A stretch of DNA of 64,000 bases from Felis catus (lineage: Eukaryota), in NCBI RefSeq assembly GCF_018350175.1, contig NC_058368.1, forward strand, positions 153,204,001-153,268,000, given 5' to 3'. This document shows positions 54,901-64,000 of this stretch, piece after piece. Under the pieces are notes generated by a model. The model did not search any database, was not told the DNA's origin, and saw only the letters and a program-made list of their open reading frames with translations. Position 1 is the stretch's first letter. Each line of letters starts with the position of its first letter. The position numbers and the translations under genes were made by a program.

Positions 54901-54969
54901 CTTGTAGAATCTAGTGAGGAACAGGGAGATCCATCAAGATACTACTAGAATCCTCCTGTTCCTACTTTA

Positions 54970-55343
54970 GTGCTATGGGCTAAACTAACGTCCTACCCAA
55001 AATGTACATGTTGAAGCCCTGGCCCCCACTGTGATGCTCTTTGGAGATGGGACTTTGTGGACTAATTAGGTGCAGATGAGGTCGTGAAGGTAGAGCGTTT
55101 ATAAGAATTAGGATTTAGAGCCCTTATAAGAATAAATACCGGAGAGTTTGCTCTTTGTCTCTAGTGTGAAGACATGGTCTGAAGGAAGCCATCGGCAAGG
55201 CAGGAAGAGGGTCCTCATCCAAATCCTGATCATACCAGCACCATGATTTCAGACTTCCAGCCTCTAGAACTGTACGAAAAATCCATGCTTTCTAAGCTGA
55301 CTTGTCTGTGGTATTTTTTATGGCAACCTGAGAAGACCAGTAG
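54970..55343 (+). mobile_element. MLT1A-like MaLR solo LTR
   Basis: TGctatgggctaaac...catgttgaagccctggcccccactgtgatg...tttcagacttccagcctctagaactgt...gtctgtggtatttttt(a)tggcaacctgag. Confidence 0.85.
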
Positions 55344-57500
55344 AGTCCAAAAGCAAAAAATGACCTGTGCAGGTTGGTAGGGCCTATCCCTTGCTGAGTA
55401 AGTAATCTGGGCAGAGTTCTGATTTCCAGTGTGATCAAAGTAGAGGGTTTCCCTGGCAAGAGCACTGGGGTTTTGACTAAGCTTGAGCTCTTGGAACAGT
55501 GAAGACAGGAGAACATCTTCTAGGCTCTGGCAGCTCCTTTCCCGTCTTTCAGTTTCCCTATCACACTTGTTTTCTGTCTCCAAAAAAGACCAAGCCATAA
55601 ACGGAAGGAGAGCATTTCCACAGGTTGTGGAATTAGTCAGTTCTCCAAGGACGCTCACAACTCCATCTGCTGGTATTTAATAGATCCCTCCAAGCCAGAA
55701 AAATCTATTGATGAGTGGTAGCCTGTGATCGCCATTGCAGCCATAGTGCAATGTCGTAGAATGGTTGCCCGTCATCCCAGTTATGTTGCAATTGCTTCTC
55801 ACTACACTGAGCACACGAAAGGGCCGTATTTCTACCCATCAAACAGAATTTTGGTGCTGGAGCTCCTTGGAGATAACTGCTGTGAGTGAAAGGTAATACT
55901 GTGACAGTTATTACTGTCTGGAGAGTGATCGCACAAACAAGTGCCAGCTGCCTGTCCGTGTCTGGGACTGTGTAACAGAGTGCGTCTAAATCAGACTGAA
56001 AAATCAAATCAGTTAACTTTAAATTATTTAAATTTTCCAGTGAAGCAAAACTGCAAGCATGCTAGACTATTCCTAGGATACCTGTTTCACAGCAGTGCGT
56101 TAGTGTCTATTTTTCCTTCTGAGGAATGCAGAGGCCTGAAAAAAACAACAACAACCCATTTTTTGTTGGATGTTTGAACCTGTCCTGTTTTATTTCTCAA
56201 TCTGGATCACTAAAGAAAAGCGTCCTACCCCTGCCATATTAAGTGAATCACAACCAGTTTTGAATTACTTTCCCAGGGCTGCATCAAAGTGGCCCCCTTG
56301 ACTATGAGAGTGAGAGGTTATTAAGCCTGCAGCACACATTCATTGGTCACCTGAACCTACAGTAGTCATTATCAGAAGTAGCTGAGAAGCTGACAAGTAG
56401 CTCCAAATAGAGAATGCTACCCCAACCTTTGCTCGCCTAGTGAAATCTCCACAAAACTCGAAAAAGCCCTAAAATTCAGAGTCCCAGTTGCAGCCTAACA
56501 TTGTTGTGAACTGGTGATTGCACCCCTGCATTACTGTGTCTCTTACTTCCCAAACCGTTTGTTCAAGGAACCCACTGAGATGGAAAGTAAACTTTCCTAA
56601 TGCTGCTCAGACTTAAGGAGTGACAATGACAGAGATGGTCAAGTTGTTTTCAATTTTAGTTGAGAAAAAAAACAAAGAAGAGGTTTAGACTAGATGACCA
56701 GAGACAATAGTGCTTAACAAAATATATCTGTATGCTTTCCACATTCCCCAGCCTCCCTGACAGGTCTGGGCCATGTGACTAGCTCTGCACATAGGATGAG
56801 GGCAAAGGACCATGGTCACTTCCAGGCCTGGCCCCTTAAGATTCCCAGCCTGTTCCCTGTCTTGTTGTGGTGGTATAACAACAAAATGGTAGAAGTGATC
56901 ACATATATATGAGACCAGCAAGGAAAGGAGAAATATGTATCTTGGTTATATTAAATCACTGAGATTTTTGAGTCTGTGTGCTGTCCTTCCCAGCACTGTT
57001 GATCCTGACTACTATGGACCAGTCTTCTGGCTGCCTTAGAGAATTGGTATTCCAGCGCTGTCCCTGGGTGGTGGGCCAAACTGATGAAGTAGTAGTCTTA
57101 CCATTCTCAATTAGTAGTGATGTTAAGGCTTGGACTAATGGGCAGGAAAACTCCGTTAAATGCTTGCAGTTAAATGCATTATTGACTATACACACGAAGC
57201 AGTGGGATGAAAATTGTGGAAAACACCAAAAGAGTATACGTGACATTCATAGGAGATTCTATTAGAGTCAAGGGTAAAATAGTCAATGAATGAAACGGTT
57301 AAATAACATTGGTTCTAACAAAGAAATTCAAAATCTAAGAAGACCATTGTGGGTTGGACTTACCTGAAGAATCTTCAAGTAGAGTCAAAAGCATAGCACT
57401 GAATAAAACAAAAAAACAAAAGAAAATAAAAGCAGTAAATGGTTGAGTCTAAAGAAGATTTTTCTCTTGGGATTTGCTCATGTTGGGTGCTAACTCTTCA

Positions 57501-57626
57501 TTTTTTAAAAAATATAATTTATTTTCAAATTGGCTAACATACAGTGTGTACCCTGTACTCTTGGTTTTCGGGGTAGATTCCATGGTTCATTGCTTACATG
57601 CAACACCCAGTGCTCATACAAACAAG
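57501..57626 (-). mobile_element. 5'-truncated carnivore L1 3' end with TSD
   Basis: Flanked by tgggtgctaactcttca (57484-57500) and tgggtggtaactcttca (57627-57643), with a T-rich tail at the left. Confidence 0.75.
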
Positions 57627-57753
57627 TGGGTGGTAACTCTTCAAAGCTGATAAATGTAAGGCTCAATGTCTCCATATATCGTTAGGCCTTAGAATGGCTT
57701 ATAATTATTTTAAAAATCAAGAGCTTATTTTCTCATCAAAAAACCTTACTTTA

Positions 57754-58205
57754 GGGGCACCTGCCTGGCCCAGTTGGAAGACCATGCAATTCTTGATCTC
57801 CAGGTCATGAGTTCAAGCCCCACATTGGGTGTAGGGATGACTAAAAAACATAAATTAATTTTAAAAATCCTTACTTTATATGATAATTTCTCAAAGATAA
57901 TAATATACAAGCAGCACATAGCATGTAACAAAGGCAACTCAAAAAGAGCAAAATACCAACAGCAAATTGGAAACAAAATCCACTATAGGGGTGCCTGGGT
58001 GGCTCGGTTGGTTAAGCATCCAACTTCGGTTCAGGTCATCATCTCATGGTTTGTGGGTTCGAGCCCCACGTTGGGCTCTGTGCTGATAGCTCGGAGGCTG
58101 GAGGCTGCTTTGGTTTCTGTGTCTCCCTCTCTCTTGGCCCTTCCCCCAACTCATGCTCTGTCTCTCTCTGTCTCTCAAAAATGAATAAATGTTAAACAAA
58201 AATTT
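57754..58205 (+). mobile_element. Short SINE (57754-57850) and full CAN-SINE (57988-58205)
   Basis: SINE heads and tails visible. Confidence 0.88.
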
Positions 58206-58515
58206 AAATTGTTTATGTATAAAAAATTAATATAAAATGCCAAGCCACAAATATGCTTAATTCCTTTCGATCATTGTGTCCATTTTTATCTTTATGCTTT
58301 AAATGCTTACCGTCAATATTTCACTCTGAATGATAGGGGCTATTTGTCCAAAACACACCTTCCTTATATGTTCTCAGAAATCAATAATCCCCTTGGAGAA
58401 CCTCAAAGGAAGGTTTTTTTCAATCTCACTTAACTTTGCTGGTTGATTTTTGTTGTTTACTGAATGAAATATATATCTGTAGAAATGATGTTATTTTGTT
58501 CTTTAAGGGAATTAT

Positions 58516-59347
58516 TGATGTGGGAAACAAAGGCAAAGGAAAAGATTAAATTTCCTTGCTACTTACAGCCCATTGACAAGTCCTTGAGGCAGGCAGAGTG
58601 ACCTTCCTCTGTGAGCTCAGCTGTTTTGATGATGACGCTTTGCTAAGGGACGAAAGGCAATCTTAGCTTAACTTTATCCTGACCCTCCAGGATCCTGTAA
58701 GTCTTTTTTAACATATAACAATTACTTTGGAAACTTCCTTTATCTCAACCCCTCAAGGTCTATGTTGGCAATCATCCCCAAAGCTTATAGCTCATTGATA
58801 CACATCTGAAGGGTCTCATGACTAAGGTTTTATTAGATAGTAATAAATGACCTTTTTGTAACAAGAGCTACCCCCCTCAAGGTCCTGGGAACCTTGCTTC
58901 CAAGATTACTTAGAGACTGACTCCATTCCTAACCCCCTCCCAGCTTAAAAGTGTGTAATTAGTCACCTGTTAAAACTCCAGTGCTGGGCCCCTGGGTGGC
59001 TCAGTTGGTTAAGTATCCAGCTTCGGCTCAGGTCCTGACCTCACAGTTTGTGGATTTGAGCCCTGAGTAGGTCTCTGTGCTAACAGCTCAGAGCCTGGAA
59101 CCTGCTTCAGATTCTGTGTCTCCCTCTCTCTCTCTGCCCTTCCCCCACTCATGATCTTTCTCTTTCTCTCTCTCTCAAAAATGAATAAACATTAAAAAAC
59201 AAACCAAAACCAAAACAAAACCCCAAGGCAGCTCTATCTGCCCACAGGCCCTATCCCTGTGCTTTAATAAAACTACCTTTTTGCACCAAAGAAATCTCAA
59301 GAATTCTTTCTTGACCGTTTGCTCCAAACCCCAACATTTCCACATTA
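58516..59347 (+). mobile_element. ERV1-type solo LTR with 4-bp TSD, interrupted by a SINE (~58986-59220)
   Basis: Inverted termini TGATGTGGGAAA...TTTCCACATTA, TSD ttat (58512-58515 / 59348-59351), and AATAAA at ~59266. Confidence 0.8.
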
Positions 59348-60199
59348 TTATCACATTATTATTTTTTTTGAATTGTGAAGTCTATATTTGTACAGACTTT
59401 TTAATTGATGTTATCTCATAATAGTCCAATAAGGAAGTTTATTTATAATTCCTATGATGCAAATACTAAACCTGTTTACATTTAGTGTAAGATAAAACTA
59501 GACTCCAGTTTGTATTCTCTGACTCTAGATCCCTTTGTCACCTTTTGTTCCATGAAACATTCAAAACTAGAAGAACACCCATTTTATTAAATGTCTAGTT
59601 GAGCAAAGCAGATAAGTAGCAGATAACCTGATTTAAACATAGAGAAGTAAAGACAAAATAGAAAAAGTTTTTTTTTTTTAATTGACTCAATTGAAATGTC
59701 ACAAAGTTAGTGGCATTGGAATACATACTTCATTTAAATTACAAATTATAACAAAGTTCTAAAGAGAACTAGTTGGAAAGTAGGGCTGAAACAGTATGTA
59801 TCCACAGATTGTCTGAAAAGGTGTTGTTGGTTTTCAGATGAGTCTCATGTATCCAGTCAATCAGTGCTTAATACCTTTGTTGTGTTTACATCTCTCTTTC
59901 TAGGTACTAGTGATACTAGTGATCCTACTAGATCCTATTGGATCCTATTGGTGCCTGTTATCCTCAGGCTTTTTTTTTTTTTTTTCCTTCTAAAGATTGA
60001 TTGAATTTCTTTTGAGGAATAGGTGATCCATGGTGTTACATTAGTTTCAGGTGTACAACACAGTGATCTGACAAGTCTCTACACCAGCCATGCTCAGCAC
60101 AACCATAGCTATCATTCTCCCCAGGCTTTTTCATCTTCAGTGTCTTCCCCTTCATCACAACCATCTCCCATGCTTATGGACATTTTCATGTTTCTTCTT

Positions 60200-61900
60200 C
60201 CTAGGAAAGTCTTTCCTCCATCCTACATTTCTTTCCATCTCCAGCCATTTTGCAAAATTTCTAAAAAGAATAGTGACATTTGCTGGTTTCACATCATTGA
60301 CTTCCCCACATTCACCATAACCTGGCTTTCATTCTTGACACCATTCCACTAAACTTTTACCCAGGAGGTCTCCAAGATCTTGTGTATCACCAATATAGAA
60401 GCCTCTGGGTCTGACTGTTGAAGTATTTAACATGCTTGCTTGCATGTTATGATTGTACCGTTCTGGACTTGGGACATTGCTTCAGAAGTGCTTTCCTCCT
60501 ACTCCGCCCATCTCTTTTTTTATTGGTTGGATGCTGAAATGGAAGTGGCCCATACCTGGCCACTCCATACCTGGCCCTCCTTTCCATACCTGGCCCTCCT
60601 TTCCATACCTGGCCCTCCTTTCTACTAACACTGAACGATCTCTGTTGTTTTTATTCAGGCTTCTACTGGGACCTCTATACATTGATGAAACAATGCAATT
60701 CATCCCCTTTTCTGATCTTTGCCAACCTGAGCCTGTATTTCTTTCCAAATGAAGACTCACCATTTCCACTTGGATGTACCTTGGTCTCCTCAGTATCAGC
60801 ATTCCCAAAACCAAACTTTTTTTTCCTCCCAATTTTTCTTCTATGTTGTGCGCCTCTTGGGTGACTAGCATTATCATGTCTCTACTCATCCAAGATAACC
60901 CAAGTCATCTCTGATGTTTGTGTCCCCCTCTTTGATTTCTCAAAAAAAACTTTAATGTTTATTTTTGAGAGAGAGAGAGACAGAGTGTGAGCAGGGGAGG
61001 GGCAGAGAGAGAGGGGGACACAGAATTTGAAGCAGGCTCCAGGCTCCTTGCTGTTAGCACAGAGCCCGGTATTTCTCAAATGCTTGCCCTCTTCTTTATT
61101 TCTTCTGGTTCCACTTTAGCTCAGACTCTCACCATCAGTGTCCTAGACAATCTTGAGAGCCTCCTAATGTGTCTCCCTGCTTCTAGTCTTTCCTAATCTG
61201 TCACATCCTTATGATGATCTATTAGCATTAAAACTTATCTGTCATCAAATGTTAAGGTTGAATTCAATGTCATCACAATAACATTTTTGGTAGGAGACCC
61301 CTCCACCAGCACTGCTTGGTTAAAAGACTACATAAAACCTCATCTGTTTTCCACATGACTTCTGACCAGAGTAATATTTATAAAGAGAAAATATGTTCCA
61401 TTACCCCCTGCTTAAGACTCCTTAGTGCTGTATTGTCTTCAGAATCAAGGGAAGGAGAACAAAGGTCTTAACTTCTACTCCATTCTCATTGTCCCACCTG
61501 TCTTATTTTTCTGCTAATTTGTGTTTAACTTCCAGACATCACTGTGCTCTTTAATAACTCTGGGTCTCATACATTCTGTTTTCCTGCCCAGAATGCCCTC
61601 TGCCCACCTGTTCTTTGCCTGCTAGATGTCTATTCCTCCTCCATTAGTTTGCCTCTGTATACCTCTCTAGGCTCATATCTCCAACACCCTCCTTAAAGTA
61701 AACACTTCCCAAATTTCTAATCTTTTGACATTGCTCTTTCCTGCTTGGGAGCTTTTGTACCTGAAATTCTGCCTTGAATACCCTTTCCCTGCTTAGCTTG
61801 CCTGACACTTAGCCTTAAAAATTTAATTCAGATGTCATCTCCTGTATGCCTGACTCCCAGGCCATCTTCTGAACTTGGATTATAGCACGTTTCACCACTA
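60200..61900 (+). mobile_element. Degenerate L2 LINE fragments with a truncated SINE at ~60945-61068
   Basis: Pyrimidine-rich with L2 motifs (catttccacttggatgtacc...cagcattcccaaaaccaaact; agcctcctaatgtgtctccctgcttctagtc; cctgcccagaatgccct). Confidence 0.55.
60550..60622 (+). repeat. 19-bp minisatellite (3 perfect copies plus 1 partial)
   Basis: ccatacctggccctccttt at 60565, 60584 and 60603, with a partial copy at 60550. Confidence 0.95.
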
Positions 61901-62169
61901 CCAAAGCACTGTACTGTATACTGCTTATTAAAGATAGTTTCCCATTTGATTTTTACTGCAGTGTTTTAGGGCACTAGTAGCTAGCATAGGAGATAAACTC
62001 CTCCATCTAAGTAGCTAAATGCAGTAGAGATTTATTTCTTGCCTCAGTGAAGTCCAAAAGAGACATTTCTGATTGTCAGGTGACTCTACTCCAAGCACAA
62101 GTTGGGGTCTCAAGTTCCATCTGGTGGTTCAGCCAGTTTCAGTAAATGTTTACTTTGTAAAGGGAAAGA

Positions 62170-62294
62170 GGGCACCTGGGTAGCTCAGTTGGTTAGGCTT
62201 CTGATTTCAGCTCAAGACAAGATCTCATGGTTTGTGGGTTTGAGCCCCGTGTCCGTTTCTGTGCTGACAGCTCAGGGCCTGGAGCCTGCTTCAG

Positions 62295-62334
<40 letters not shown>

Positions 62335-64000
62335 TGCCCTTTCCCCACTGGTGCTCTGTTTGTCTCTCTCTCTCTCTCCCTCTCTCAAAAATAAATAAAC
62401 ATTAAAAAAAAGAAGAAGAAAGAAAAAGGGGAAGGAAGTGTGGCAGATCGGGTCTGCTACTGTCATATAGGACTTATGCCCTACTCCCTTAAGCCATGGG
62501 GCTCAGACACGGGGCCACACCTAAATAGAGAGGCTGGGAAAGTGGTCTAGGTCTGTATCTGGGCAAAGAGCAAATGACTTGGTGAGCTGAGCAGTCAGCT
62601 AGTCTCTGCTAGAGCTGGACACTGCCTGTATCTAACACCAGTGCTGCTCATAGTCCTGAACCGTAGTTGTTGAAGGAATGAGTAAATGAAAGATAATAGA
62701 TCTTTAAATTCTCAGCACTGAGCAGACTATTCCAATAATCCATAAAATAGCCCCTAGAGGATCTAGGGAGATTCAGAGAGGGACCAGAAGGGATTCTTAA
62801 GGAATTGAAAATGAGGTCTCTGTGGAACAATTAAATGTTTTGGATTGCTCTTCATGAAATAAAATAGCCTAAGAAAAAAGTTATCATACTCTTAAAAGTT
62901 AGCAAAGGCTAACGAAAGTACTCCAGATATTATGCTTATTTCTACCACCAAGCTTTGTTGATTGGTTGTTAAAGGGTTTTGTGAGGTATAACTAGGGTTT
63001 CTAACAAGAAACAGTGCCTATCGTGATTGTTAAAAAATTTGTAGGTTGTAGGAGATTTGCAAAAGGAGGTCATGATAGGTAAATCTTAAGTAATACCTTA
63101 TCTATGGATCTTTGGAAATGCCAGGTGGGGAGATATTTATCTTTTTTTTTTATAATTGTAGAAATTAAAGTTAACTTTTCAGATTAAAAAATAAAATCTG
63201 AAGGGTGCCTGGGTGGCTCATTCGGTTAAGTGTCCGTCTTCAGCTCAGCTCATGATCTCAATGGTTGGTGAGTTTGAGCCCTGCATCGGGCTCTGTGCTG
63301 GCAGCTCAGAGCCTGGAGCCTTCTTTGGATTCTGTCTCCCTCTCTCTCTGCCCCTCCCCCACTCACACTCTGTCTCTCTCTCTCTCTCTCTCAAAAATAA
63401 ATAAACAAAAAAATTTTTTTAAAAAATAAAATCAAATCTGAAATAGGAATTTACCCTCTTGATGCTATTCAAAAATTACTTTTTCTGATTACTTTTACTG
63501 TGTATAATAAAAGATGAGAAAAGTTAGGCATTATGAATTAGGGTGGAATTTCTATAGGATTCTCCTTATCAGTTCGTTCTCAGTTATGAGAGAGTTAGAA
63601 GAAAAAGTGTTTGACACCTTTGTTGGTTTAAAGTTCTGAGGTGGAGGTTTTAGTCCTAGAAAATGTCTTTCTCTAAGCTCATGGTCAGAGCATGGGCAGA
63701 AGCACCTTTTTTTTTTTTTTTTTTTAAATTAGAGAGTGCACACACACCAGCTGCGGCAGTGGGAGAGAAACAGAAAGAATCCTAATCAGGCTCAGCACAG
63801 AGCCCAGTGTGGGTCTCTATCCCATAGCCATGGGATCATGACCGGAGCCAAAATCAAGACTCGGACCCTCAGCCAATTGAGCCACCCAGGCACCCCAAAT
63901 ATTTCCCCTATTTAAAGAAATTCTGGGGTGCCTGGGTGGTTTCCTCAGTTAAGCATCTGACTCTTGATTTCAGCTCAGATCATGATCTCGCGGTTTGTGA
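62170..64000. mobile_element. CAN-SINEs at 62170-62425 (+), 63203-63430 (+), 63707-63896 (-) and 63925-64000 (+, cut by window end)
   Basis: SINE bodies and CT tracts. The 63203 copy has TSD aaaatctgaa or aaatctgaa. Confidence 0.88.

Noticed and set aside
60440..60889. ORFs with repeated WPSF/GPP peptides
   Set aside because: An artefact of the 19-bp minisatellite within L2-derived sequence.

Overview
Mammalian genomic DNA, almost certainly from a felid: roughly 60 carnivore tRNA-derived CAN-SINEs are present, including near-consensus young SINEC_Fc-type copies. The first 20 kb contain the last three coding exons of ADGRV1 (VLGR1/GPR98, the Usher syndrome 2C adhesion GPCR) on the + strand: 7460-7651, 10487-10664 and 19437-19555. 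They encode the end of TM7 and the cytoplasmic tail, ending in the PDZ-binding motif ...[10 protein letters not shown], followed by a short 3' UTR with tandem AATAAA signals. The remaining ~44 kb has no recognisable protein-coding gene and is intergenic DNA rich in SINE, L1, L2, MIR, hAT and LTR remnants. I found no evidence of a new multi-gene system. The most interesting observations are modest: (i) weak, mutually similar AG|GTGC splice junctions around the penultimate exon, whose skipping would give an NMD-escaping, PDZ-less tail; (ii) a 111-nt perfect identity between two otherwise diverged SINEs, a candidate gene conversion; (iii) an L1 with a twin-priming inversion; (iv) two independent SINE-in-SINE insertions at the same host position. 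Repeat family names come from recalled consensus sequences, not a database search, and repeat boundaries are approximate.
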